From NCBI GenBank assembly GCA_965243025.1, contig CBDETY010000003.1, positions 5,440,001 to 5,504,000 of the forward strand: DNA of 64,000 nt, written 5' to 3'. Positions 9,678 through 21,174 of this stretch are shown piece by piece. Position 1 is the stretch's first letter, and the number at the start of each line of letters is the position of its first letter. The stretch comes from Candidatus Latescibacterota bacterium (GTDB taxonomy: Bacteria > Latescibacterota > UBA2968 > UBA8231). The position numbers and the translations under genes were made by a program. The notes under the pieces were generated by a model. That model did not search any database, was not told the DNA's origin, and saw only the letters and a list, made by a program, of their open reading frames with translations.

Positions 9678-11105
9678 ATGAATCAATGGAGAAATAGTTT
9701 GTCTAAACTGGATCGTCGCACATTTTTGCGTCATACGGTGATAGCAGCTGGAGCGGTAGCGTTACAGGGACTGGTAACGCGACAGGCGCTGGCAAGAATT
9801 AATACATATCAGAATCTCACGGCATCGTTAGGGGACGGCGGCTACGGACCGCTCTATCCGATGCATTCTGCCAATACGAATGAACTATGTCTGGAACTGC
9901 CTCAGGGATTCCGGTATACCGTCCTGGGTAAAACCGGCTCGATCATGTCCGACGGCAACCCTACGCCCCGGGCCCATGATGGGATGGCTGCGTTTTCGGA
10001 CGGAGACACCATCCGGCTTGTGAGAAATCATGAGATCAACAATCAGCGCGGCAAACCGGGCGTTGCGATCGGTGGCGATGCGCCGGGCTATGATCTCTCC
10101 GCAGGCGCTGGAACGACGACGCTGGTGATCGATCCTGAAAGCCGGGATCTTATCAAAGATTTCGTGAGCCTGAACGGTTCTCTTCACAATTGCGCCGGCG
10201 GCCCTACACCATGGGGAACCTGGATTACGTGCGAAGAGACGACCATGGGCAGAACGATTGTCATAAATAATCGAAATAAAACCCATTACGGCGGATTTAA
10301 CGAAGATCATGGATATTGTCTCGAAGTCTCCGCGCTGGAGAATGAGCCGGTAAAAACACAACCGTTGCGGGAAATGGGGCGGTTCATCCACGAAGCCATC
10401 GCAGTCGATCCCGCGACCAGCATAGTCTATGAGACCGAGGATAATTCGAGGGCGGCGGGTTTTTATCGCTATATCCCTAACGAATCACAAAAACTCGCGG
10501 CTGGTGGCCGGTTGCAGATGCTGGCGGTGAAGGATCAACCTGCCTACGATACCAGAGTAAACCAGACCATGGGCAACGTCCTGCCGGTCACATGGGTGGA
10601 CATCGATAACCCGGATCCTTTGACTGCGAGCACCGATTCATCTGCGGTATATAACCAGGGATACGAAAAGGGCGGCGCGAACTTCAGTCGCCTGGAGGGA
10701 TGCTGGTACAGCAACGGCAGCATCTTCTTTACCTCAACCAGCGGCGGAGATGAAAAACTCGGTCAGATATGGGAATACCGTCCAACGACTGACGGCAACG
10801 GCACGCTGAAGCTGGTTTTCGAGTCGCCGGCGGCGGCGTTGCTGCAATCCCCGGATACTATCTGCGTCAGCCCAAATGGCGGCCTGGTCATCTGTGAAGA
10901 CAGTCCGCCTGAGGTCTACATCCGCGGCCTCACCGTCGAAGGCCGTATATTCGACCTGGCCAAGGATATAGCCGGTATCGAAGCGCGAGGCGAATTTGCC
11001 GGCGCCACGTTCAGCCCCGACGGCCAGACGCTTTTCGTGAATATGCAGCGCCCCGGTATCACCTATGCTATCTGGGGACCGTGGTATAAAGGCGCGCTAC
11101 TGTAA
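9678..11105 (+). CDS. phoX: PhoX-family (DUF839) alkaline phosphatase, Tat-exported
   Basis: DRRTFL twin-arginine signal; NCAGGPTPWGTWITCEE, MGRFIHEA, EFAGATFSPDGQTLFVN. Confidence 0.85.
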   Translation: MNQWRNSLSKLDRRTFLRHTVIAAGAVALQGLVTRQALARINTYQNLTASLGDGGYGPLYPMHSANTNELCLELPQGFRYTVLGKTGSIMSDGNPTPRAHDGMAAFSDGDTIRLVRNHEINNQRGKPGVAIGGDAPGYDLSAGAGTTTLVIDPESRDLIKDFVSLNGSLHNCAGGPTPWGTWITCEETTMGRTIVINNRNKTHYGGFNEDHGYCLEVSALENEPVKTQPLREMGRFIHEAIAVDPATSIVYETEDNSRAAGFYRYIPNESQKLAAGGRLQMLAVKDQPAYDTRVNQTMGNVLPVTWVDIDNPDPLTASTDSSAVYNQGYEKGGANFSRLEGCWYSNGSIFFTSTSGGDEKLGQIWEYRPTTDGNGTLKLVFESPAAALLQSPDTICVSPNGGLVICEDSPPEVYIRGLTVEGRIFDLAKDIAGIEARGEFAGATFSPDGQTLFVNMQRPGITYAIWGPWYKGALL

Positions 11106-11176
11106 TGTGGAATGGGGAGTGCGGAACCACGAAGTGAATGCAAGCACTCCGCACTCCGCATTCTGAAAGGAATATC

Positions 11177-11804
11177 ATGACAACAGATCATCTCCCCTTA
11201 CGGCGTGTTGATCACATCAAATTCTTTGTCGGCAATGCCCGGCAGTCGGCTTATTTCTACCGCAATGCGTTCGGATTTGATGTGATCGGGTATGGAGGGC
11301 TGGAAACTGGAATGAAGAAGGAGGCGGGGTATGTACTCAAGCAGGGTAATATCACGTTTGTCCTTGTTTCACCGCTTCAGAGCGATCATCCGGACAGTGA
11401 ACGGTTGATGCTGCACGGCGACGGTGTTAAGGATGTGGCGCTGGAGGTGGATGATGTTGCAGCAGCATATGAGGCCACCGTCAGCCGCGGTGCGGTTGGA
11501 ATAACCGAACCGACGGTGATAGAGAACGAGGAGGGCATCTACGAGTTCGCCACGATCCGGACGTACGGCGATACCACGCATACGTTCGTGAACCACGACC
11601 GGTACGAAGGCGTATTAGCGCCCGGCTACCGGCCGATCGACCCGGCGCGGTACAGGGAGGACACGCGGAGACCAGTGGGACTGAGGGCGATTGATCACAT
11701 CGTCGGCAATGTGGAACTGGGTAAGATGGATGAGTGGGTGCATTTCTATGAGCATGTGATGGGGTTTACGCAGCTTATTCATTTCGACGACAACGACATC
11801 AGGA
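11177..11804 (+). pseudogene. hppD: 4-hydroxyphenylpyruvate dioxygenase, 3'-truncated
   Basis: HGDGVKDVALEV, IRTYGDTTHTFV, IDHIVGNVELGKM; cut at FDDNDI by element B. Confidence 0.9.
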
Positions 11805-12099
11805 ACGTATAGGACGTACAAAGGCCCTTTTTTCCTGAAAGCGCTGGAAGTGATCACGGCTGTCCATATCTCTCACAAGACAGGGGCACAGGTGCCGCTG
11901 CCGCTGGCCGAGGGGCTGGATCTGCTAGAAATCCGCTCGACGGGAGAGTGATCCCGCCGTCCGGAGGGCGTGCTCTCCAACACATCGCTTCGGCTGTCTG
12001 GCACGGCAGTTGCAATGTCCGTATGGTAACCGCACGGGCTGGGTATGCCATGACGACACGATCCATCTGGTGTCTCGCCGGGCTCCTGCCATCAACCCC
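11805..12099 (-). mobile_element. 295 bp element B, copy 2
   Basis: Direct repeat of 8668-8962; its ori end abuts the hppD breakpoint. Confidence 0.7.
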
Positions 12100-12132
12100 C
12101 AGATCGATATAGACTACCGATAAACGACTCTC

Positions 12133-12999
12133 ATGCCGGAAGACGACGGCACCACCGCCCACCCGTGGACGGCTGAAGAGATCCAGGCACGACTCGGCAC
12201 CTCGACCATCGTATTCGAGCGCGACCGGCTCTTGCGATCCGAGGACCTCGCGATGATCGCCGAGAGGGGCATCGAGTACGTCGAACTGTGCGGTCTCGGA
12301 AATCCGGGCCACATGGACATCGACGATCCCAAATACAACGCATGGCTCCGTTCGGAGTGCGAGAAGCAGGGCCTGTCGATCGTGGTGACCCACTGTCCCG
12401 GTTTCCTGTTCAACTCCGACGAAAAGGAGAACCGACGGAAGGCTGTCGCGCAGGGTGTGCAGACGGCGAAGATCTCGGAGGAGTTGGGCGCAGGTATCAT
12501 GGTTTGCCACTTCCGGACCGAGGAGCCCTCGGAGAGAAGCATCCACGAGATGCTCGACCAGCTCCAGGACTGCTCCATCAAGCTCACCATCGAGAACGGT
12601 CGTGACCTGTCAGACTTCACCGCCTTCGTGGACAAGGTGGGTTCCGACCGCTTGGGCATGGTCGTCGACATCGGCCACACGCGGGACGAGGACGAGGTGA
12701 ATCCCTTCACCAAGGCTGAGCGCGCCCGCGAGACTCTGGCGCAGTGTGGAGACCGTCTTCTGCATCTGCACCTTCACGACTGGGTCGACCACGACCACTA
12801 TTCCCCGCTGGACGGCGAGATACACTGGCCCGGCGTGTTCGATGCCCTCAGGGATATCGACTACAAGGGCTACTATATGTTCGAAGCGCTGTACGTACCG
12901 CACAAACGAGGCGAGGAGCTCGAGCCCGACTATGTCCTCGATAAGGTCGCTGCCTTCCCAAATGATTTCGTCGAGCGCTACACTCACCTGGCGAATTGA
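12133..12999 (+). CDS. Sugar phosphate isomerase/epimerase (xylose isomerase-like TIM barrel)
   Basis: IEN, DIGH, HLHD, DH and FE metal-ligand pattern. Confidence 0.85.
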   Translation: MPEDDGTTAHPWTAEEIQARLGTSTIVFERDRLLRSEDLAMIAERGIEYVELCGLGNPGHMDIDDPKYNAWLRSECEKQGLSIVVTHCPGFLFNSDEKENRRKAVAQGVQTAKISEELGAGIMVCHFRTEEPSERSIHEMLDQLQDCSIKLTIENGRDLSDFTAFVDKVGSDRLGMVVDIGHTRDEDEVNPFTKAERARETLAQCGDRLLHLHLHDWVDHDHYSPLDGEIHWPGVFDALRDIDYKGYYMFEALYVPHKRGEELEPDYVLDKVAAFPNDFVERYTHLAN

Positions 13000-13152
13000 A
13001 CCGGATGGATGGTCGATCGTCCGCGGGAGTTTGGATTTTTCGACTTCGACCGGGAAGCCTACATTGAGGAGTAACTGGCGCGTCAATAGCTGGAAATTTG
13101 GAGAATACTAATTGTTGGCAGTCGAACAATGGATCGCGGCCAAAACGGGTCA

Positions 13153-13770
13153 ATGACTGACGGCGCTTTGAAGATAACCGAGTCACAGCGGCAGCAGTTC
13201 GATGAAGACGGCTTCTTCCTGGTGGAAGAGGCCCTGGCCCCGGATGAGGTCGATGAACTCATCGAGCTCGTCGACGTGCTGTACGAGAAGTATCGACGTG
13301 AGCGCGACCTCGGTCCCCACAAGCGGTTTCAGATGCGCAACGTTGTAGCGGCCCATCCCCTGTTTCGGCGCCTCATAGACCATCCGGCCATTCTACCGCT
13401 TGTCGTCGACACCATCGGCTTCAACATCCAGCTTCGCACCTCGCACATGGACGTTCGCCCGCCGCAGGAGCTCGAGGACGGCGAAGCCGCCCTGGGGACG
13501 CCCGACAGCTTCTTCCCCTGGCATGCGGACGCCCCAGACTACGGCTGGGCACTGGTCGATGGCGTCATCCCCTTCATGGAGCTGAAGGTGGGCTACTACC
13601 TGACCGATCTCACTGCCCACAACAGCGGCGCCATCTGCGTGGTGCGCGGCAGCCACCGCCAGTCACCGTGGATGGAGAGCGACGGCGAGCGCGTGGCCGA
13701 TCCCGAGCGCATCGTCGAGGTCAACGTGAAGCCGGGAACGGCCATGATCTGGCACACCCAGCTCTACCAC
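13153..13770 (+). pseudogene. PhyH-family dioxygenase, 3'-truncated
   Basis: FDEDGF, WHAD, GSH, LYH; ends at the element A junction. Confidence 0.8.
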
Positions 13771-13840
13771 GCCGGAGGTCTCGACCTCACGTCCCAACCG
13801 ATATAGACTACCAAGAATGGCCGCTTATCAGTCCTATCCG
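13771..13840 (+). mobile_element. 70 bp oriIS-end module A, copy 1
   Basis: Identical to the terminal 70 bp downstream of the ISCR transposase remnant (19375-19444); ends TCCTATCCG. Confidence 0.85.
13781..13809 (+). promoter_or_regulatory. Outward-facing sigma-70-like promoter in module A
   Basis: TCGACC-N17-TAGACT; also at 19385-19413(+), 29730-29758(-) and 30972-31000(-). Confidence 0.55.
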
Positions 13841-14489
13841 TAAGCAGCGGCTGTTTGCCGCGACGGAAGACCTGCTGGACGACCGTCTCCCGCTCGTCGT
13901 AATCAAAATTCTCAGGCAGGGGCGGGAGCGCGTCGGGAGAAAACCCTTGCGCTTCCGGGCCGGGGATCGCTTTGAACTCGTGGGTGTGCTCGTACTCGCA
14001 GATGTCGTGGGGGTTGACGAGGCCGATCTGGAGATAGAACGGCTTCGACGAATTACGGCTGTCGAGGAAGTCGATCAGAGCGTGGGTGGAGACGCGATCG
14101 TAGTATTCCGCTCCTCCCGCAGCGATGTCCCTGTTGCCCGTGTAGAGGTTTTGGAAGCTGTCTCTCATCGACCGACCGCGTATGTGCCACTTCCCACAGT
14201 GGACGGCGTCGTAGCCGTTCCCGTTCAGGATCTGTCCCAGATCGGGAATGTCCTCGTGCATCAGGCCGGGGTTGAAGCAGACGCCGTTCTCCGATGTGTA
14301 CCGTCCGGTCATCCAACTGGCCCGTGAGGCTGAGCAGACCGGATCGGCACAATAGCTCCGCATGAAGGAGGTCCCGTTGTGGTGCAGGCGATCCATGTGG
14401 GGCGTGCGGACGTGCGGATTGCCGTACGCCGAGACGACATTCCACGTCTGCTGGTCGGTGTTGATGAAGAGGATGTTCGGCCGGTCCAT
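13841..14489 (-). pseudogene. Sulfatase, 3'-truncated
   Basis: RPNILFINTDQQ, CSASRASWMTG (CxAxR), GKWH, NPHD; cut by the ori end of module A. Confidence 0.85.
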
Positions 14490-15253
14490 CACGTCCCTCG
14501 CTCGCAGAGGACGTAGGTGGAGAGGATCGTGGAAACGAGGGCTACGTCGCCGGACTCGGTCAGCCACCAGTACGAGGGGGGCAGGCCTTCGCCGGAAAGC
14601 ACGTGTCCAGTCAGCTTGTGTGATGCGAAGGTCCACGTCTCGAGGGGATGGATCCGGCAGCCGAGTTTGAGCGTTTCGAGGTCTTCGAGGATGGAGAATC
14701 CATCACCCCCGCCGGTCAGTGTCGGGAGGACGTCGAGGAGGGCCCAGATGGTCGTCAGCGGCGTGCCGGGCGGCACCTCACCTGCTTCGAACGAGAGTCC
14801 ACGCGAGGTGGTGAGCGAGATCGTCGCCCCCTCGATCGATCCCTTCCAGTCGACTTCGCTGTACACGCCGTCGGCGACGTTATGTGCCAGAATCCGCCAG
14901 GGGCTGCGGAGTGGACGGAGCGGTTCGTCGCCGCAGGTGAAGTCGAGGGTGAGGCGCTCGCCGCTCGGCGCGTTGTCGTGGATGACGCGATAACGCCATC
15001 CGGATTCGGCCAGTGTTCGCTCGACGAGGAGTGATCCGATGCTGAACTGGGCGCTGTGCGTCGCGTCCTCATTGTAACCACACCAGAAGTTGGGGAGGAT
15101 CGTGTAGCTGTGCGTCTTGGCGGATGCGTTTGGATCGACAGATGGGGAGGAGAGGGCTTCGGATAAAGGCTGTGAGAGCTCGGAGCGGACGTCCCAGTGA
15201 TCCGTCTGGGCCGTGTAGTCGACGCTCCAGTGCAGGTCGCTCACGTCGCGCAT
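14489..15253 (-). CDS. Hypothetical protein (start uncertain)
   Basis: 254 aa ORF whose stop overlaps the sulfatase start. Confidence 0.55.
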   Translation of the reverse strand: MRDVSDLHWSVDYTAQTDHWDVRSELSQPLSEALSSPSVDPNASAKTHSYTILPNFWCGYNEDATHSAQFSIGSLLVERTLAESGWRYRVIHDNAPSGERLTLDFTCGDEPLRPLRSPWRILAHNVADGVYSEVDWKGSIEGATISLTTSRGLSFEAGEVPPGTPLTTIWALLDVLPTLTGGGDGFSILEDLETLKLGCRIHPLETWTFASHKLTGHVLSGEGLPPSYWWLTESGDVALVSTILSTYVLCERGT

Positions 15254-15551
15254 CTCAGATTGAGGCGACTGTCAGAAAGAGAAATCGAAAAGGTGTAGGA
15301 CCGACGTGAAATCGGCTCTCCCGTAGAATGCAATAGCACCCATATCTGCTGAGTGTACTCCACCCGGCAAGATGATGCGAGATCGGTAGAAATGGCGAGC
15401 AGCCAACTATTCTGAACGACCATTCGTCATCTGCACAGATCGTGTTGACGTGGTTCTGGCGGCGCCATAGTATACCGAGCGGATACGGATAGCTCGCTGA
15501 GAGACTGTGCTCGTGAGTTCCTCGTGCATTTCAAGCAAGCGGAGGGAAACC

Positions 15552-18212
15552 ATGGCAGACGCCCTGAGAAGCGTCAACACATTGTTGAGAAGGCCACCGT
15601 CGAGGTCTGCAACAGCGCTGATGCCGCTCGCAATCGTCGGTGTATTGGTACTGTCTCCCCTTGTCACGCCAGCCGCCGCTCGAACGGAGGCATTTGAAGT
15701 CGGTGATGCCAACAAAGACCAGCTGCCAACCGGCAAGGAGGCTGACGGCATACTCGGCGACTTCGTGATGCGGAATGACCTGATCGAAGCGACTATCTCA
15801 GGCGATCTGCCAAGACGCAAGGCGAATATTGCCGCGTTTTACGCTGCCATCACACCGGGCTGCGTGTATGATCTCTCCGTACGAGGTTCCAGAAACGACC
15901 AACTCACCCTGTTTTCCCCGTCTTTCCAGCACGGGGATGTCAATTATGTCCGAATCCTGGATGGTGGGAAGTCGGGCAAAGCGAGCATTGAGACGGTCGT
16001 ATCTGCGGCCAGGAACAGTGGTCTCTACAAGCGCCATCTCTATCACCTCCAGGATGGCTGGCGAGGCCTTCTCATCGAGACGACCCTGCGCAACGAAGCC
16101 GATTCGACCCACCGAGTCGGCACGGAGGACCGGCTCGAAGATCAGGCCGATGCCCGCAACGTGGGTGAGAATACGGTCATCTACATTACTGATCCGGCGG
16201 ACAAGGCGGGGTACGCATTCGGTTGGGTCGGTGAAGCGCCGGCCGATACACTGGAGCTGCTGCCCGGTCAGGAGGTCACCTACAAGCGCTTTCTGGCTGT
16301 CGGCACATCTCCCGCAGAGGCATACGGACTGGTGGTCCAGCGCCAGGGCGAATTCGGCACTGTTTCGGGTGTGATTGTCGGTCCCAGCGGGAAAGGCGTA
16401 CCGACGGCACACATCGAGATAACAAGCGACGACGATACACTGGCAACCTATCCCGATGCTGACGGCAGGTTCAATTTTGCACTGCGACCGGGATCGTACG
16501 ATTTCCTAGTGACGGACGTGGGACGAGCAGAGGTACGTCAATCGTTGGCGCTAGTCTCCGGTGAGGTCCGATCGCTGAGTTTTGAGATGGACCGGGCCTC
16601 CACCGTCGCCCTGGACATTCGCGATGAGGACAGCGGGAGCATCCCCTGTAAGGTCCAATTCATTGGCATTGAGGGCAGCGAGTCACCCGATCTGGGACCC
16701 AGAACAAGGGCGCACGGGTGTCTCGACCAGTATCACTCGGAGACTGGTCAGTTCGAAGTGCAGGTTCCGCCGGGAGATTACCGCGTTGTGGTAACCCGCG
16801 GCATCGAGTTCGGCCATCTCGAGAAGGAGATACAACTGCGTCCGGGTCGTACCGAGAAAATTCGGGGTGTACTCCGCCGGCTCGTGGACACAGAGGGTTG
16901 GGTCAGTACCGACTTCCACAACCACTCGACGCCCAGCGGCGACAATGTGACCAACTCCCGCGACCGCGTAATCAACCTGGCGGCAGAGCACATAGAATTC
17001 GCGCCAACAACCGAGCACAATCGGCTCTACGATTGGCAGCCGTTCATCGACGAGCTGGGTCTGGCCGACGAGGTTGTGACGATCCCTGGCCTCGAGTTGA
17101 CCGTGAAGGGTCCCCACCTCAACGCCTTCCCATTTGTTCCGGACCCGTACGCTCAGGATGGGGGAGCTCCGCAACGACAGCTGAGGTATCTCTGGCCAGC
17201 TGCCCCGAGATACACCGATCCTCGGATCAACGCCATCCTGCTGCGCGATTTTCAGCGTTCGTCGGAAGACCTCATGCCGGAGCGATGGGTCCACCTCAAC
17301 CACCCGAACATGTCGTTGAATTTTGTCGACCGGGACAAGGACGGTCGAGAAGATGGCGGCTACCGCGGGTTGGCTGCGTTGATTGACGGGTCCGAGTTGT
17401 GTGGGTTTTGGACCTGTACGGAGAGGGGTGAGGACATACTGGCTCGTTCACCGTGGCGGATCGTGACTCGAGACGAGGAGGAGTTAGTGCGGCATCGTCG
17501 CGAGTTCATCTGGCTGCAGTTGCTCAATCGCGGTCATCGTTATACCGCCATCGCAGTATCCGACGCACATACGATCCACGGTAACGGCGTCGGCGGCTGG
17601 AGAACATACATTACTAGCAGCAGCGATCGACCGGCCGATATCGACTGGAAAGAGGTCGTAGGCAATGCCAAAGCCGGTCAGGCTCTGATCACCAACGGTC
17701 CCTTCCTCAGGGTCGAGACGGTCGACGGTACGTTGCCGGGAGGCAGTGCGCGAGCGCAGGGATCAATCGCACTGCGTATCGAGGTACAGTGCACTGACTG
17801 GATCGACATCGACCGCGTCCAGATCCTCGTCAACGGCCGGCAGCAGCCGGATCTCAACTTCACGAAGGAATCTCATCGCGACTGGTTCAGCGATGGCGTG
17901 GTGAAATTCAGCCGAGTCATCGACGTACCCCTAAGTCAGGACAGTCATATAATCATTGCCGCTATAGGCGAAAACTCGGATCTGTCGGTTGGGTACGGCA
18001 GCAGTTGGCAGGCACGGATGAAGCCGGTGGCCTACACGAATCCGATCTGGGTCGATGTGGACGGAGGCGGATTCGTGCCTAACGGGGATGATCTCGGTTG
18101 GGACTTGCCCGTAATGGAGAAGGCTCCATCTTGGCGCGGTCGTCCCAGTAAGACGGTGGAGGAAGTACGCAAGATGCTTCTAGCCGCCGGGCTGGACGAT
18201 TCTGGCGTCTAG
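15552..18212 (+). CDS. Secreted CehA/McbA-type PHP metallohydrolase with carboxypeptidase-regulatory-like domains
   Basis: Signal peptide; DFHNHS, TEHN, HLNAFP, NHP, SDAH, TNGP, YTNPIWVD. Confidence 0.8.
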   Translation: MADALRSVNTLLRRPPSRSATALMPLAIVGVLVLSPLVTPAAARTEAFEVGDANKDQLPTGKEADGILGDFVMRNDLIEATISGDLPRRKANIAAFYAAITPGCVYDLSVRGSRNDQLTLFSPSFQHGDVNYVRILDGGKSGKASIETVVSAARNSGLYKRHLYHLQDGWRGLLIETTLRNEADSTHRVGTEDRLEDQADARNVGENTVIYITDPADKAGYAFGWVGEAPADTLELLPGQEVTYKRFLAVGTSPAEAYGLVVQRQGEFGTVSGVIVGPSGKGVPTAHIEITSDDDTLATYPDADGRFNFALRPGSYDFLVTDVGRAEVRQSLALVSGEVRSLSFEMDRASTVALDIRDEDSGSIPCKVQFIGIEGSESPDLGPRTRAHGCLDQYHSETGQFEVQVPPGDYRVVVTRGIEFGHLEKEIQLRPGRTEKIRGVLRRLVDTEGWVSTDFHNHSTPSGDNVTNSRDRVINLAAEHIEFAPTTEHNRLYDWQPFIDELGLADEVVTIPGLELTVKGPHLNAFPFVPDPYAQDGGAPQRQLRYLWPAAPRYTDPRINAILLRDFQRSSEDLMPERWVHLNHPNMSLNFVDRDKDGREDGGYRGLAALIDGSELCGFWTCTERGEDILARSPWRIVTRDEEELVRHRREFIWLQLLNRGHRYTAIAVSDAHTIHGNGVGGWRTYITSSSDRPADIDWKEVVGNAKAGQALITNGPFLRVETVDGTLPGGSARAQGSIALRIEVQCTDWIDIDRVQILVNGRQQPDLNFTKESHRDWFSDGVVKFSRVIDVPLSQDSHIIIAAIGENSDLSVGYGSSWQARMKPVAYTNPIWVDVDGGGFVPNGDDLGWDLPVMEKAPSWRGRPSKTVEEVRKMLLAAGLDDSGV

Positions 18213-18316
18213 CAGCAACGCGCGCAATCACCGCGGATAGGGGAACCCTCCTCCCCATGCAAGATCACTTGTTGCTCTTGCCCACGACTACCCAAATGAG
18301 CCACTGCACTCACATT

Positions 18317-18579
18317 TGGCTACAGTCAGGTCGACGCACTGACCATTTACCGCCTCGGCGGAGAGGATCTCCCCGCGCCGGAAAAGGCAGAAGAGGTCGG
18401 TGTCGACTTCGTTCAGCTGATGTGGGAGGACCTCGACGAGGACCAGTTCGGTAGCGCTCACCAGCTCGAATTGACGGGATTTGCCGAGCCGGTGCGACTC
18501 GACCCCACCGTCAACCTCACGCCGCTTCTCAGGGACCGGGGCGGCGTGGTCAAGTTGAACAACTCGTACTCCTTCCTCG
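18317..18579 (+). repeat. 263 bp direct repeat, copy 2
   Basis: Identical to 7552-7814. Confidence 0.95.
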
Positions 18580-18607
18580 GGAGCGCGCTGGCCAACGTCT
18601 TCGACGG

Positions 18608-19228
18608 GTGCTCCGGGATCCCGCCACTGGGGTGCGCACCGCGCCCCTGTGCTTTGCGTCGCGCGGCTTCTCCCTGCATGCGGCGACCCGGATCGCGGCC
18701 GATGACCGGTTGGGGCTTGAGAAGTTGTGCCGCTATGTCGCCAGACTCGCCCTGGCGGCGGGACGATTGTGCATCATCAACACCGACCAGCTTTCCTTCG
18801 AGCTCAAAACGCCCTGGTCAAACGGCACCACCCATCTCGTGCTCTCGCCCCACGAATTGCTCGAGAAACTGGCCGCCCTCGTACCCCCACCACGGCTCAA
18901 CCTGATACGATATCATGGCATCCTGGCGCCCAGTGCCCGAGACCGCGCCCACATCGTTCCGGGCACCGAAAACCAGTCCGAGGCTACGTCCGGGTCGGCC
19001 CACCCGCCTTGCCCTCATCGGCTCTCCTGGTGCCAATTGCTCGCACGCGTGTTCGCCCTCGACGTCACTGAATGCCCGCGTTGTGGAGGACCCATGCGCA
19101 TCATCGCGGCCCTGACGGAGCCCGCCTCGATTCGCTCCTACCTCACAGGCGTCGGCCTGTCGGCACGGCCCCCACCGATCGCACCGGCACGACCGCCCCT
19201 GCAGCCCGAGCTCGAATACGCGGCCTGA
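18608..19228 (+). pseudogene. ISCR/IS91 rolling-circle transposase, C-terminal fragment
   Basis: GFSLHA, LEKLCRYVAR (single Tyr, ISCR-like), LVPPPRLNLIRYHG, W..LL.RVF..D...CPRCGG; the HUH-containing N-terminus is absent. Confidence 0.9.
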
Positions 19229-19444
19229 TCCGGACGCACCGCCGTAGGATCCGTACGCCTGAATCGTCCTTTCGGGCCTGAAAACTCCCAAGAATTTGTC
19301 GCTCAACCCAACCCCGCCCGCAATCCATGCTCACCATCGGCCGGTGAGCCTCGCGCAGCATCCATCCCCGTCGAGCCGGAGGTCTCGACCTCACGTCCCA
19401 ACCGATATAGACTACCAAGAATGGCCGCTTATCAGTCCTATCCG
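18608..19444 (+). mobile_element. Truncated IS91/ISCR-family element: transposase 3' part plus oriIS end
   Basis: Transposase homology followed by ~216 bp non-coding end terminating in TCCTATCCG. Confidence 0.85.
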
Positions 19445-19446
19445 TC

Positions 19447-21174
19447 ACCGATCTGTTCGGGGTGCCGCAGTTCAGACTGGTCACCAGGGCGGATGGCAAC
19501 ATCAAAAACCAGCTGAATCAGCGCGAGGTCGTCTTCGACTACGGCATTCCCACGGCCAACCAGATCGTCGGACTGACGACCGAGATCCGCGATTTTCACG
19601 GCTTCGATCTCTACGGCGAGGTCAACGTCAATACGGAGTACCGAAAATACCCCGCCATCGGCCACAAGAAACACAAGGCATTGTCGGGTATTAGGGGAGA
19701 CCGCAACGCCCTGGGCTGGATGGCGAACCTTTCCTGGAAGGAAGGGCCGTGGTCGCTGTTCGCCGAGGGTTTCGGCATGGAAGACGGGTATTCGACCAGC
19801 ATCAAGCCGCTGCGCCAGAGAGGAACGACGGATTACTCGCCGGAAGCCACCAACCTGCTGTACGATTACGTCGACGACAACGACGACAACGACAGGCACC
19901 CGGATCAGCTGCGCGTCGGCGAGGGAAGCCTCATCCCGCAGCGCGGTTTCCAACGTCAGTCCACCATCGAGCCACGGGGTACCGCCGATCCCGAAGTGTT
20001 CCCAGGGTACGACGAAAACGGCGACTTCATCTCCGACTTCAACCAGAACAACCTTTTCGATCGCCGGAACTTCTTCCCCGACTACGACGAGCCCTTCCTG
20101 CGTTACCGCAGCGACCGTCCCGAATTTCTGTTCGGGATGGACCTCAACAACAACGGCTGGATCGACCGCTTCGAAAACGACGACGAGCCGGACTACCCCT
20201 ACAAGAAGGACCACTGGGGGTACAACATATACGGCGGCGCCGAGATCACTCCCGCAGCCAGGTTTCGCGTAGGGCAGCTGCGGCAGGAAATGGAGAAGAG
20301 CGCGCGCGCGAGCACCACCTCATATGCCATGATCGCCTTCGACAACGACTGGGCGGACTGGGGTCGAGTGCGCGCCTTCGATATGCTCAAGCGAGCTAAG
20401 GACGACATCCCCGATCACCTGGTGCAATGGGTCATACCTCGCGCCGAGTTCGGCTCCTCGTCCGCATCCAGCGGCCGCCTGGAAGCGGTGGAAGATCTGC
20501 TCGGCGCGGAGGACACCTGGATCAACACACTCTACGGAGACTGGAAATACGAGAGCCGCTGGGGATGGTCGACGTTTCACCGTTTCAAGTGGGAGACCTG
20601 GCGGCAGCAGGATGTCGACGTCGAGTACCAGCTCGACGATGCCGGAGAACGCGTACTCGACGCCGACGGCGAGCCCATCGTGCTGTTCGACCCACTCGGC
20701 CCCGAAGAGCGCAACGGTCGCAAGCAGTCCGGTTTCTTCGGTATCATCAACAAACTGGACCACGTGTTCTTTCTCGGGTCGGTGCGCGTGGATCCGCGGT
20801 ACAAGAGCGAGTACTTGAGGGAGACGCCGTTCAGCCTCGGTCTCGACAAGAGGAAGTCATGGGATAACCTGTTCATGCTGCTGACCAGCGTACCCGCGTT
20901 CCGGGCAACCGTGTTTCAAGTCGGCGTGGAACAGCGCTTCTTCGTCAACCTGAGGGGGGACGAGGACGATATTGCGGCCGGCGAGTTCACGGGTGATTTC
21001 CGCGGCTCCGTGCTGGCCCTGCAGCTCACCAACAAGAGCAAGTACCTCGGCTACGACCTGACCACCCAGCTCGGCATCCGGCTCGACCGCCGTTCTCTCG
21101 AAGTAGTCGACGGCGACCGGGAATCCCAGACATCGGGACTGTCGTTCCTGTCGATCTTCGCGGGCCTCCGCTAG
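19447..21174 (+). pseudogene. 5'-truncated allelic variant of the 3505-6456 gene
   Basis: Collinear with 4729-6456 (offset 14718, no net indel), many synonymous changes; begins at the ori end. Confidence 0.9.
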
